From contig OZ210885.1 of NCBI GenBank assembly GCA_964658305.1, positions 20,832,001-20,896,000 of the forward strand: a DNA stretch of 64,000 nt, given 5' to 3'. Positions 13,061 through 26,137 of this stretch are shown one piece after another; the stretch's first letter is position 1, and every line of letters begins with the position of its first letter. Source of the stretch: Leptogorgia sarmentosa (Eukaryota). Made by a program: the position numbers and the translations under genes. The notes below the pieces were generated by a model. It searched no databases. It saw only the letters and a list, made by a program, of their open reading frames with translations, and was not told the DNA's origin.

Positions 13061-13491
13061 TAGGCATACGGGACCGGTAAATTTTTGAGGGGGGGCGGCG
13101 GGAGCCTTTCTGCCCAAAAAATTCCACAATGCCCAAAAAATATTTATGTATTTAAACAACCAACTAATAGCTACAAATTCTACTGTGCTATAATATATAA
13201 TTATTGCGTTTGTTCGCGATCAACGTATATAGCGCAATTAAAATGGGCAATTTAAGAAAATTTTGAACATTTAGGGTGTATAGAGTCGTAGAAGTCCAGA
13301 ATTGTTTTTTTTAGGGGAAGGGGGGGCAAGCTAAACGTAAACCAACGACAGGAGATCGTATGGTTGTTGTCGATAAATAAATTTTATACAGTAATAAAAA
13401 TAATCCAACGCTTGCCCAAATTTTCCTCGTGCGCCCAAAAACATCAAGCTTTCCCAATTAACTTTGGGCCTTTCCGCCCCCCCCCCCCTCC
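13061..13491. mobile_element. hAT-like MITE remnant inside the right Sola TIR
   Basis: Begins TAGGCATACGGGACCGG...G-run and ends in a C-run. Interrupts TIR homology. Its right terminus is missing. Confidence 0.5.
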
Positions 13492-14755
13492 GCTGGCTAC
13501 TACCACAGAGAACAACGTTGTTACACAGAACTGATGATGGATGAGTAGTCGACAAAAAGCAATTTTAATTGTAAGGACGGCAATTGCTAAATTCTGCGAA
13601 AAGTACCGGAAGTAAACGATATAGTTGTGTGAACACTCGTAAACTAGTAACAAAACTAAGACGGTATCTAAGACGGCGTCATGTGAACAGACGTGAATTG
13701 TGCAGTTAGCATTTTGTGCTGGCATGCTGTAAACATTGTCTAAGGGTAAATAATGCACAAACGTGATATACGACACACTTTCAACAATAGATTCATTTCT
13801 GGTGTGACAGACCGCCGGCGGCCAGTCACTAAATATAGCCTTACGGCAACACAATTAGTTTGTATGGAACTGCGAACTGTATGGAATCAAGGACCACTGC
13901 TATAAAGGACTTGACAAGATATTGTTTATCCGTATGAAAAGATTGTATAAGTAGCAGCGACACAGTCATTGCGTTATTTGTTTACATCCAATTTATAGTC
14001 TGGCATTCGCTATGAAGACATTGTAAATGCTTTAATATTCCGGTTTGATCGCCTAAAAGCTGGAAATCTTGTTACGTGTATTCACAATTGTACTCTTTGT
14101 ATCAACAATTTAAGAAAATTTACGAGAACGTTATAATTATCAGGGATCTTTTCGAAAATTCGACATCTGTTTATAGTGTTACGCCTCGTTCGGCGTGACT
14201 AGAGTGACCTGATATACCTAACATAACTCGTATTAGTAAATACAAACCACTTCGATTTCAAGCACAGCACTTCTGTTGTATAGCAATTAATAGTCCGGCT
14301 TTCATGTAATGTCTTCATTATTTCAAAATATTAGGTACCAGAAGTGGTTTTTGCCCATTAAACTTCCGCAATTTTTTAATATTTTGCGAGACTTCAAAAA
14401 GGGTCGCATAAAAAATTCTGTAAAAAAGTAACAAAAGTTAGGATCGCAGAAACAACCAGATAGTAAACTTAAATAGCATCTCTAAACATGTGAGAGATTT
14501 GGGAATCATTGGCTTTATATTTGACCGTCAGCTGTTCCACAAAGTTTGCCTAAAAGTCAGCTGATTTGCGCGCGTAAATTAACTTGTTAGCCACAAAATC
14601 AGAATTTCGTGAATATCGCAAGAAAAATAATTGGGAGCAGCTTGTTACTATTTTTCCCTTAACAAATATTGCAAGTGGGATGATTTGGCGAAATAAAAAA
14701 AAAATTGAAATTTTTGAGTTGACCGGACATCCTCGGTTATTACAGGCGGACGGTC
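13492..14755 (-). repeat. Right TIR of Sola3-like element (diverged extension ~12885-13060)
   Basis: Inverted copy of 5555-6817. Carries ~31 extra bp near 14056-14088. Confidence 0.95.
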
Positions 14756-15429
14756 TTAAGTTATCTCCCTGGAGTAATCGGACTAAAGATTGTTTGAATT
14801 AAATTTTTCGGTTTATTTTTGGCAGAGGCGGCGTTTTAGTCCATGATGATATTTGGTTACATATATGTGCGCTTTATTAGTGGCTGGGCGAGGTCAGCGA
14901 TATTTTGGCGAGCATTCAAGAGTTGATAATCTCTTAACAGCCTCTCTCATCAAAAGCCTGTCTTCGTGAATCCTTGTCTTGTGCGGTGTTCCAGAACCTG
15001 GCATTCATCCAGCACTCTCACTTTCCTTCATACGACTTTTTTTGCGCAAGAATAGCTGAGTCTATATTCGTTGCTACTTTCCAAGCACTCGCATCTAGCA
15101 CGGGGTGAGTCCAATATTGAAGGTTTCTACCTATCTTCTTCTTAGCTCTTTCTTCTCATTTGCTTCCTCGATGGCAACAGTTTCACACTGATTACAGCGA
15201 GATTGGCTGAAACCCATCACTTTTAGCACGAACTATTTGTCGAATGCTTGTGAGGCAATATATTTTATCCATGCAACATTTAGTAAACGATGGATGGTGA
15301 AAAAAAAGTGATTGGATTTCCCGCAACGTAGTTTTCTTTACAGTTTTGTCCATAGGTAAACAGGCTTCCTTGCTTAAAGTGTCTAATTCAATCCCTGCAA
15401 ATGCAGGAATATTTTCTGGGCTGACTGTT

Positions 15430-16206
15430 TCTGAGCGTACTGTACAAACGCATCTTCAGGTGAAATACCGTCATTAACAGACGCACCACAAGGAAATGAC
15501 AAATGATGAATTAAGCGATATTCGCCAAGAGCTTTTGTAGGCACAACCCCTAAGGGTGAGACACGAAAATTAGGAAAAGGTGGGCGATCAAAAGTTCCCG
15601 CAAGCCGACCTGCCCCCAATTCTTTAGATGTTTTGGCACTCACTATCTCCGGGTTTTGTTGAGCAGAAATAAGATTATTAGCAAAAAATGCAACACGACC
15701 TCCCCGAAAGTGGAGAGGAAAGACAAACTGGAAGCCAGAATACGAAATAGAGGTCAATGCCGAATCATATCCACATAATAATGGCCGCAAATTATCAATT
15801 TGAACTGGGTTTGGCAGGGCGCGATTTGGCAGCAGTGGGGGCTGAGCGAGGGGTGGACTGTTGGGGACAAAAATTACAGTGCAATGCCAGGTGAACGAGA
15901 CGACACTTAAAACATTGATGTTTATAATTGCAACCCGAGCAGTCCATCCCCCGGTGAAATTTGCGACAAAACCCCTTGTGAACCAAGGGTCCGCTTGGAG
16001 ATGGATTGTTGCGCACAGGTGCTTGGCCTTAGAAACGTGCGCTTGATTAAAGTACAAAAATCGCAAATCCAGAGTTCCCAGTGCGTAGACCCCCAAGGAA
16101 ATTCAAGAGGGTTAGATTGGCGCAACAGACGAAATTGTGTGTCATAGAAACGACAATCCGCCCCACAGGCAGCCAAATCACACACTACTTCACTATATTT
16201 CATTAA
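15430..16206 (-). mobile_element. DIRS/Ngaro-type retrotransposon fragment (gag C-terminus plus RT N-terminus)
   Basis: gag LMKYSEVVCDLAA...FYDTQFRLLRQ...W, CCCH/CCHC-like region, and overlapping RT FRVSPLGVVPTK...YRLIHHLSFP.GASVNDGI. Cut by the Kolobok at TTAA 16203-16206. Confidence 0.8.
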
Positions 16207-16427
16207 AGTGCTTATGAAATGGGAAAAAATTTTTTTCACAACTGTACTCATTTTATAGTTTAAACTATGCTGAATATCATATGCTTGATTATTTTTGCGC
16301 TGCGATTTTTTAAAGTCGATTTATAAGCTTACAAAGTTGCCAATATTTGTCCCGTGTTGACGCGCGGCCAAATTCACGCTGTGACGTCACTGGTTGTACT
16401 GACGCGTTCATTCTGAAGGTGATCGTC

Positions 16428-19400
16428 ATGGCGGAGACACAAAACAGCCAAGCGAAAGGGAAATCTCTGGGGAAATATTGCGTTGCTGGTGGACCTGGCA
16501 ATGTCAGTTGTAAAAATAATTCGAAAACAGAAGGAATATCGATGCATCGATTCCCTAGCGATAGTTTTGTGCGGGCAAAATGGACTAGTTTTGTCCAAAG
16601 ACATCGGGCGCAATGGAAGCCTTCTAGCACTTCTGTGCTTTGCTCGGCTCATTTTGTGGCCACAGATTTTGAAAAACGGCTTGATTTAAATTTAAAAGAC
16701 TCTGAAAAATTTACCACCAAAAGATGGCTGAAGAAAGGTTCTATTCCAAGTGTGGATTGCGTTATTTTAAAGCCACAAGTTCAGGAGATTTCCGCTCGTG
16801 AAAGAAGACAGGTAATATGCATAAAATGTTTGTGTAAACTATAGGCCCGTTTAAGGCAAAATATGAGCAAATTATAACCTTGCACTATCAGAAAGCAAGC
16901 ATGAAGCTTTTTTAAATTTACCCTTTATAATATCTTTAGATTGTTCGAAGCATTGACTTGAAACCTGAAAACTGTGTGACAACAACTGATAATATCGACT
17001 CAGAGGTACTTCTTGAACAAGAGGTAGAAAACAACCAGTCCTGCCAACAACCAGACACAGAGCTACAGACTGTTTATACTGGGACTGCTACAGCTGTGTC
17101 TGAATGTCAGAATTGTGCTGACCACAAAGCAAAATTTGGTCGTCTCAAGGAAACATACAGAAAGCTGAAATACCGGTACAGAAGATTGTGCAAAGAAACC
17201 CGTCAACAAATGTGCACCTCCCAGGTACGGCCAGTACTAACTCAGCTTAATTGTGTGTCAGAATTGATGATGTGTTGTGAACAAAAGTATACTCAACCAC
17301 TGAAATTTCTAAATTCCAATGCTTATTTCTCATAGTTGTAATGGCAATTGCTCATTTGTCAGAGTTATAAGCAAATAGATTATATTGTGTGATAAAGTGA
17401 TAGTTTTCTCAATTTCTAGAAATCTGAAGATAAAAATGCAGATTCATCAGAAGATTGCCAAGCAACAGTGATTGAAGAAGTCGAAAAAGTTGGTGTGTAT
17501 GAGAGAGATGAAGATTGGGTGGCAATAGAAGAAGAAATTAATGAAGAGGATTTTGTCCTGGCTTTTGATGATGAACAGATGAATGAACCATCAAAATGTG
17601 ACATAAGGTTTGTAGAATAAAACAACTGTAGTTATAAAATTAATCAAAATTAATGATTTACTAGGCATTTACAGATATTATATGGTGCACCTGGGAAGAA
17701 TAAGTTTTTCCAGAATATATTCACACTTGCCTTACAAAGAAAATTTGTGCCAATATGAAGGAAAAATTATGATTCATTTATTTCTAACTTGTAGAGTTGA
17801 ACCTGAAACAGACTGCAAAGATGAGCCAAAGTTCATCGTTTTTTACAGTGCACTTTTGCATATATTTAATATGTTCTGTTTCATATGCAAAGCAGATTCT
17901 CCCAAAGTTTCAATGAAGAAGAGTGGAACTATGGTTGTTGTACAGCAGCACTGCAAAAATTGCCCAATTGGTTTCAGTTGGAGAAGCCAGCCTCTTATGA
18001 TGGGAACTTATCCTGCTGGAAATATGTTGCCAAGCTTTGCAATATTGATGGCAGGTGCATCGATCAGTAAGCTACTTCTTGTTTTCAAGCATTTTGGTAT
18101 GCAGGCTTATGAAGCAAGAACATTCTTTTACCACCAGAGCAAATTTATCTTTCCTGCTATATTTCACCACTGGGAATCATATCAGTTGGCATTGATATCA
18201 TCCCTGAGAGCTACCAAAAACCTAGTGTGGTCTGGAGATGGAAGATTTGATTCCATGGGACATTCTGCAAAGTATGGGGTATACTCAATGATGTGTTCAC
18301 CATCAAATAAAATAGTGCATTTTGAGTTATTACAGGTATGCTACGGTTTTGATATACTGTAATCTGTCAAACATTAATTTCAAACCATTATGGCTAAACA
18401 AGTTGTTCCTGGAGCTTGAACAACCTAAATAAATAGGTAGACAATGATTTTCATATACTATATAAAGTTCCCTGAACAATTATTTTTTGTGTTTGACAAA
18501 TAGAAAGTCAAAATCTTTTAATTCAATTTATTAATTTAATTTATTGTTTTAGGCAAACCAGGCTGGCAGTAGTACTGCGATGGAGCTGGAGGCTGCAAAG
18601 CTGTGCTTTGACCATTTGTGGAAATCTGATCTGGAGATTCCAGTGTTTGTTTCCGATCGGCACAGGGGCATTGCCAAGTGGATAAGAGAAAGTCATCCAA
18701 CCATCACACACTACTTCGACCAGTGGCATATTGCAAAAAGTGTAGTGAAGAAAATGTTAGCAGTGAGCAAAAAGAAAGGCTGCAAGAGAATTGCAAAATG
18801 GATAACTGCTGTAAAACACCATATTTACTGGTGCTCAACAACAACCAAAGAAGGTTTTCAGAAATTGATTCTTGCCAAATGGAAATCATTTATTCGACAT
18901 GTTGCAAACAAACACACAGACCACCCAGACCCACTGTTTCCAGAATGTGCACACAAGGAGCTTGAGAAGCGCAGAAAATGGATAAAAGTTGGTACGTCAA
19001 ATACAGATCAATAATATTGTACCAATAATAATTGCCCATGAGAATAGGATTGAAAGAGGAAGGCTAGAGTCATGTCTCTGAAAGAAAATATGGATAACTT
19101 TAAGGTATTTAAAGCTCTATTTGTAATTATGTAGGCACACCTGCATATGAGCACCTCGAAAAGATTGTGTTGAAGAAAGGTCTGCTTAATGACATCAAGC
19201 GGCTGTGTCCAGATGCAGAAACAAGTTGTTTGGAGGGATTCCACTCCACTCTAAACCAATGGCATCCCAAAATGAAGTGTTTCCCCTGGCTTGGCACCTA
19301 TTGCAGGTATACATTATATCATAATAGTAACCAGTAGTCTCTGATCAAGGAAATGCATGCAATTTCACCAACTCAAACACCAATTTTCCCTTTAATTTAT

Positions 19401-20139
19401 ATTACAGACATATCCTGGCTGTCCTACATTTTAATGAAAATGTCAGGAGACCGAAAAAATTGGCAAAGGATGGCAGCACATATGTCAATGTTACATACCC
19501 CAAATACAAGAATGGTGGTGAAGTTGTTCAAGAACTTGCTGTTGCTGCAACTTATGGTATGTATTGTTGAGCCCCGTAGTACTGTGATCTCAATCATCTA
19601 GTAAGGTATATTTTGGGCTTGCTGGAAAAGCAGGATAGAAAACAGGGGGAATCTGTATTTTAATTTATTTTCATTTTTTGGTTTATGTTTGTCATTTAGG
19701 TTATGTTCACAATATCAAAGAAAAACTGGTTTCCATGACAAAAGAAGAACCAGGAAAAATATGAAGACAAAATTCCTGAACCCTTGACAAGCCAGTTTTT
19801 AGAGAAAACCCCTAAAAGTGAAGCTATAGAGTGCTACAAGGAGCGAAAAGCGAAAACTGCGAAACTATTTCCATCAGGTAACTGAGAAATCATTTCTACC
19901 AAAATTAAAAATCACATAGTAAATGCAATCAGCTGAGCTTCTCCTGTTGTTATAACTTCCTCACATATTTTTGATCATTTTTAGCTTTACAACAAACAGC
20001 ATTGATCCAGGCAGAAAAACGAAAGTCAACATCAGCACTACCTACAACAAAAAGGAAAGCAAGACAATGTTCAAAATGCAAAGCACCAATGAAAGGCCAT
20101 CCCCAGTCACATTGCCCACAGAATCCTCTACAACCTTGA
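16428..20139 (+). pseudogene. Kolobok THAP-DDE transposase, ~9 exons, one apparent frameshift near 19750
   Basis: THAP (CVAGG..C..HRFP..W..CSAHF..SIPS). Catalytic region GDGRFDSMGHSAKY, SDRH, FDQWH, TSCLEGFHS. C-terminal CSKCKAPMKGH. GT-AG introns. Confidence 0.8.
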
Positions 20140-20245
20140 TTCTGTTGAAACTTATAATGTACACTAAATCTGAATTGGTCATTCCAGAAATTATTTTTAA
20201 CTGATCATCATATTTATGATCATCAAAGTCACTTCGGCCTCGACT

Positions 20246-21069
20246 TCAGCTGTCTTTCTCTGCCTGTTCTTCTCCAGATACATAACCCTTTGCATCACCT
20301 GTAGGGAATGTAGTTCTTATTTGATGGTAGATACATGCTGACAAGGGTCTTGTGTTTTCCCAGCCATTATTCCAAATAACCATCTTGCCAGCCAGCGATA
20401 TGATACAGCTCTCAGGAATCTATAGCAAATAACACAGTAATCTTTAGATATTTTTACTATTGGTACTGGAAACAATTGTTTTGAACTAAGAATATTTTAA
20501 TATTTACATACTTTTTATCTACACCATTTTTTATTCGGTAGCAGCTACCATTCTGGTTTCTTAAAAGAGGTCCAACTTCGCGTAGAACCGTCTCGTTCGT
20601 CATAGCATTAAAGTCAGGATGATTGAGAATACACTCGACATCCTTGCCAATCCAAGTAAATTTCCCACTTGCTTCTACAACCTCTTTGCAGCAGCGATAC
20701 TCACGAGCACTGACAAGCTCTTGATCAGCACAGTTGCCACACGAGCACCTACAACAGTATCAAATATGTACGAAAAATTTCAGGTAAATGTCGCATTTAA
20801 ATCAGAATATAACTCATTTGTAAGAATCTGAGAGCTTACCAATTAGCTAACGGAATAACTTTTTCGAAACGCTTCTCTGAAATCGAGGGTAATATAAAAT
20901 CTTCGTCTTGTTCTTCATCAGAAGATTCGCTGTTATCTGTGCTCGCCAATGGTTCTCCTTGATAGGGTTCAAAACAGTTCTTTACGTTTGGATTTTCCTC
21001 TATATCGCTCTCAGTTAAGCTGTCACGCTCCAAACTAGAGTAACTCGACGAATCGTCGCTCTGCGACAT
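20246..21069 (-). pseudogene. Kolobok second gene (KolX; P2X7 C-terminal/ZCD-like Cys domain), 3 exons
   Basis: PYQGEP...NW|CSCGNC...EYRCCKE...CILNHPDF...|RAVSYRWLARW...RPLSACIYHQIRTTFP. One-base frameshift near 20363. Confidence 0.75.
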
Positions 21070-21366
21070 TATAAATCAGTAGAAATCCCGGTAAAATAGT
21101 TTAAAAATGCCACAATACAACAAGCTTCTTTGTAGTTCTTTCACTGTTTGTCTATGCGTGTACAACCAGTGACGTCACGCGCTGTTTCACTCGGCACCAG
21201 ACCCCGGGACAAAAACCAGTCAAATTATTGACTTTTGCGGCTTAATTACTCGTCTTTAAAAAATCGCAGCGCAAAAATAATCAAGCGGATGATATTCAGC
21301 ATAGTTTAAACTATAAAATGAGTACAGTTGTGAAAAATTTTTTTTCCCATTTCATAAACACTTTAA

Positions 21367-22035
21367 AGTGCCTATAACCCCAATTTTTGTTTTAATGTAA
21401 TTTAAGAGAGTGTTATTTTAGAAGATTTTTGGCGCAAAAATTTTTCAATTTGGTTAAATACTCTGGTCGCTAGCTCAGGCGAAGTTCATACTATATTTGG
21501 TTCACAGCCGCGCTATGTAGGAGATTGGGGAGAGTAGTGTCTGTGACGTAAATTCCGGATAGTGTATGTCAACACGATGGTTGATCAGACGGCGGATCTG
21601 TAACATCAAGAGATGCCGAAATGGGTTCGTGTTCGTCAGCTGTCTTGCGGCTTTCCCCGCTCATTTCACCAACACAGCTCACACGGCTGGCACTTTCTAC
21701 AGTTGTCGACTTGGCTCTCCTCACAATCTAATCAATTTCAAAAACCATTAAGACGAATTGAGGTTGCAATGGATAAAAGTCATACCTGTAAATCAGTATA
21801 TTTTATATCGGTATCCGATTACTTATTTTTACTTACCATTCGTTTATCTCGTGCAGTTGGCTGTTGTTCTTCGGTTGACGTTGGATAAATTGTAGGAAAA
21901 GGAACTATTCCTATTTCATCGCGTTTTAACCAACGATTTGAAAGACTTCCTTTGTCTCCAACATTTGCATAACAATGCGAGAAATCTTCGTGTTTAAAGT
22001 GCTTCGAGCATATGACTGCTCGACTCGTCGGGTTG
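21367..22035 (-). mobile_element. Truncated Kolobok-type element abutting Kolobok A at a shared TTAA
   Basis: TTAA|AGTGCCTATAACCCC terminus. Minus-strand THAP C-half AVICSKHFKHEDF...RWLKRDEIGIVPFPTI followed by a GTAAG donor (~21830). Confidence 0.6.
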
Positions 22036-22734
22036 GGTCGAACTGGAACCAGTTCTATTGATGGATGCCATGACAGCTTGTGAGACGACTGAGACTACTT
22101 CCGCGAGTAGCAGGTATACTGAAAGAAAAACTAAAACGAGACAGGGAGACGTGGCACATAGTAGCACACACACAATAACTGACACCAATAAAATTGTGTC
22201 ACATGTAAAATACAGCAGAATAATCAGCAAATACAGCAAAGGTAAAATCGCTGCATAAAAGAATATAAGGGCGATCTGAAACAACATGCCGCACTATCCC
22301 ACAATATATTGACATCAACTGTGGGCATCTGAAAATAATAAATTGCTCTATCCACTTAGACATGCATTTGTTCGCACACAGGAACAACCAGTGATATAAT
22401 AGGTACTAACACCTAATGTATAACAAAACAGGATAAATATGACAAAGTGCAATTGTAAGAGACATGTCCGCCGCCAAAAGCGGGAGTAATAAGCTTTTGA
22501 CGGCAAACACAGGGAGGTAAAATTATATATAACCAGCGCAACTCATTAATGTCCTGACTGTAACGAAAAAACCAAATGTTGATGTCGCAACGTGGGCATC
22601 TGAAAACAGTTGTGTTGATCTAGCCCACACAACATAAACGTGGTACCCATGTTACATATAGATTGCAAATAGGCGGTAAAGCCAATCATATCATACATTA
22701 GATACCACAAAGATAGGGCAAGTACAATTATCAA

Positions 22735-23090
22735 TTAAAACATAGTGAGAGCTTTTAAAATAGCCCCACGATAGCTGCTGTATAAACAATACTGTCCCTG
22801 TGCATTACAGTGCACACCATCTGCAGATAACAAGGAGCGATCTGAGCGAAAAAATTCCCTGTGATCCCACAAGAAAATGCCAGGCTGATCAGCAAGGACA
22901 AAACATAAACACTGACACAAATCTGCGGCTTTGGCGTTAGTAACACATAACCTGACATACTCCAACAACTCAAACTTTATATTGATCACGAAGAATGCAC
23001 GCAAGGTCGTCAATTTTAGAGCCAACAACCTCCGGCGCAAAGTAGAAAAGGTTGTTAGTTCCTAAATCCAGAATTATAATATCTGGCTTA
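22735..23090 (-). pseudogene. SGNH/GDSL hydrolase-like fragment, 3' region of an Ngaro-type retrotransposon
   Basis: FLWDH...LSADGVHCNAQGQYCLYSSYRGAI (DxxH block V). Hydrolase ORFs are known in animal Ngaro elements. Confidence 0.6.
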
Positions 23091-23101
23091 CACTTATGAA
23101 C

Positions 23102-23337
23102 TATGGGGCGCCAAGTGTCGTTTTATTATTTATCCTAATATCTTCACCTTTTATCATTATTTAATAAATTATTTCAAATCAACTTTTAACCAATCACACC
23201 GAAGTGGTTATTTAATAAATAACCATTTAGTGGATTCACAGCAATTTGGTTATATTAAATAACCAACTAATACAAAAATGGTTATTTAATAAGTTTTAGC
23301 TGAAAGTTCAAATTTGGTTATTTATAAATAACCAAAT
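23102..23337. repeat. Probable DNA-transposon terminus (TATGGGG..., IS3EU-like) with four palindromic subterminal repeats
   Basis: TGGTTATTT-AAATAACCA palindromes at ~23205, 23246, 23279 (partial) and 23312-23337 (perfect 26-mer). Confidence 0.5.
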
Positions 23338-24917
23338 AATTTTCATACGATCGGCGCACTAAATGACGTAATATAATATAGCTCACTTAGCCTACCCTGC
23401 TAAAATTGGCAAATACCACTTCCGGTTTTGTCCTATCGCGGCAAAGCGCGCGAAATTATCGACTTTGATAATCGAGGTTGTCGTAAAAAGTATACATCTG
23501 CGATCTCGTTCAACGTTTACACAAATAAAATGGCAACATTATGGCAGAGAATCGAACACCGGACGGCGATATGAGAAGAAGGTTGACCGAGGCTATTGGA
23601 AGAGCTATCGCGGACACGTTAAATGCAGGAGAAGTAAAATATAAATTTACCATGTAAAAATAATTATGTAAATTTGAGATGGAATTTTAATGAATAATGA
23701 ATATGTACTCAGCAACAGGATTTATAAAGCTTATTACTGCCGATACTACACAATAGTAACAGCACTAGAATACGGTTTGGTTTTATAATAAGCTTAGCAA
23801 GCCATACCATTTTTATGTTTTGTCAAACATTTCTCCTGGAGCGTTTGCTTCTGTAATCATACACCAACTAACACAGCATGAACAATGTTTAAGGTTTTAA
23901 GCACTGTCTGTTTATAGGCTCTCACCAGGTACTAGAGAAATCCTTCTCCATGAGTCCCCTTCAAATTTATTAAATTCTAAACTGCCTTAGCTTGTAGAGT
24001 AACCCTACTCTGGCTGTAGGGGCACTTTATGAAAGGGGTATTAAACCCTACTAGGGGAGAGGTTTAGGGTATACAAATGGTATGTCTCAGCCACCAGGAA
24101 CAACCACAGTGTGTAACATATAATGTACTAATCTATAAGTATCAAACAGCACACACAAGTGCACACAGTGAGTAAAAAGCACAGTATATTCTGTATATGC
24201 TATTAATTTTCTTGTTGTGTTACTTTCAATTTTATCATGTAAACATGTGGTAAGGTTGTCTTAGATGAATGGGTGTGCCTCCCCCTCAATCTAGTGGCAA
24301 AATTTCAGTGTCTTGGCCATCGAGTACAACTTCATATGGCCTAAATAGTACCTAAAATGATAAACAGAGCTCAACTACCAGTGAACTGCTCCCAAAACAT
24401 ACATTTGGTGCATGCATTTGAATGACAATGATTTCCTGATAATAACAATAATGTAACATTGATCCATCAGACATCTGCAGCTGTATCCCCAACCCAGCCA
24501 CAGCAGCAGAGAATAATGTACAGTGGCCCCTATGTGCAATACACACAAAAAAAATCAATGCACAAATAAAATTTGCAATGCGTGAAAAGAATACACAAAC
24601 CAAAGTATAGGTTCACGTAAATAAGTTAAAATACACAACAAAATCGTCAAATACACAACAAAATAAACCACAACGTCTGAACAAATTCCTTGCGATGTGT
24701 GATTAAAAATAACTCGCATACGCAACAAATTATTCTCAATGCACAACAAAATTTTGCATCTGCGAACATTAGGGACAATTAACGATTTTTTTTTTATTTT
24801 CCCTAGTTATCCGCCTATATCATATATATGTCGACATTTAGACAATCAAATGTGGGTTGAATCTCGGGTTGAATTGTCTTTTTTATAAAAAAATTAAAGT
24901 ATATATATTTTGGAAAA

Positions 24918-25510
24918 ATGGATCAAATGGATGAAATTCCCACGTGTGAGGAACTGATACAACGTTACTTCAAGCAAGGGTTTACTTATCAGAAAATCCT
25001 AGCATTTTTGTCAAATCACCGTGGTATTGAAATATCTTTGTGATCTAGGCCTGCAAAGTAAAGACATCGATTATAATATTGATCAGGTCCGCAGTCGTAT
25101 TCAACAAGAACTCGAGGGTCCTGGTTGCTGCGGTGGGTATCGTACTGTGTGGCACACATTAAGAGTCGAAGGTATTCAGGTACCTAGAAGTTGTTCGTCT
25201 CATTCATTCGTTCGCCAGGGCCTAATCATTTATGGCACGTTGACGGATATGACAAGTTGAAGCCATACGGTTTCCCTGTGCATGGATGCATAGATGGTTA
25301 CAGTCGCAAGATACTATGGTTAGAGGTTAGTCGAACAAACAATGATCCAGCTATCACTGGACAACATTTTCTGAACGCTGTTAGAGAATATGGAGGGTGT
25401 CCGACTATATTACGAACGGACAAAGGTACAGAGAATACTATTATGGCAGCTATGCAGGCTTACTTTCGATGCAATGGAGATGATGAGTACGCTGGTGTAA
25501 AAGCACACAG
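24918..25510 (+). pseudogene. Integrase-core (IS3EU-like) DDE transposase remnant 1
   Basis: GPNHLWHVDGYDKLKPYGFPVHGCIDGYSRKILWL...RTDKGTEN. Possible TAC terminus at 24519. Cut by a MITE. Confidence 0.7.
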
Positions 25511-25512
25511 AC

Positions 25513-26137
25513 AAGGGCGTCAATCCTGGGGGGGATGGGGGGATGCATCCCCCCACTTTTTGAAGTGGGGGGGACAAATATCTAATTACCCCCCCCCCCC
25601 CACTTTTTATCATGTTTAAAAAAAATTGTTTTTTGGTAATCTTAAAACCCCATGCCTGTATGCTATACATCGTGAATTGTGAAGTACAATCAACAATCTG
25701 AGATCAGAAGAAAACTATTCGGAGCCTTCGAATAGTTCTGCAAATGAAATCCTAATTGGAAAGGCAATAAACGGACCTCAGCCACGTACACATGTTCAAA
25801 TTTGCTTTTGTTTTTATTGATCATTTTATGTACAATTGATATAATTGTTAAAAAAATCATTTCATTTGCGATTAAAATCTTTATTGTTTTATTAAAAATT
25901 ATACGTATTCGAATAATACACATTCGACATCGACAAAAAATTCTCATATAATTTAGGCAAGAAATTGGGCGGAATTATTTTAGTAAAAATCGTCCCCAGA
26001 ACACTGAAAATGGTATTTGTGCATGATGTTTCAAATTTCAAAATTTTTCGGGGAAGATCCCAGACCCCTCTAGAAGGGGGCACGTTTCATTACTATTTTA
26101 TAACAGACAGATTTTTGCCCCCCCCCCTTATGATGTC
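25513..26137. mobile_element. hAT-like non-autonomous element with G/C-run subtermini
   Basis: AAGGGCGTCAATCCTGGGGGGG start abruptly ends the integrase ORF. C-run near 26118-26128. No clear TSD. Confidence 0.4.

Larger units (their letters stand above)
5555..14755 (+). mobile_element. Sola3-like DNA transposon with very long TIRs
   Basis: TTAA TSDs (5551-5554, 14756-14759). Termini GA(G/C)CGTCCGCCTGTAATAAC. Near-identical TIRs 5555-6817 / 13492-14755. Internal transposase motifs DWAMKFLP, DNAGCYH, DPQGGKGAAD. Confidence 0.85.
16207..21362 (+). mobile_element. Kolobok DNA transposon A, full length
   Basis: TTAA TSDs (16203-16206, 21363-21366). AGTG..CACT termini, ~200-bp TIRs, two convergent genes. 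Confidence 0.9.

Noticed and set aside
14760..15430. Possible coding remnant flanking the Sola element (also 5200-5550)
   Set aside because: No frame gave a motif I could recognise.
20246..21069. Host P2RX7 receptor gene (also 49643-50310)
   Set aside because: No transmembrane or ectodomain exons, and it is enclosed by Kolobok TIRs and TSDs.
23205..23337. Mini-CRISPR of palindromic repeats
   Set aside because: Spacers are too short and irregular, and the repeats are degenerate. Transposon subterminal repeats fit better.
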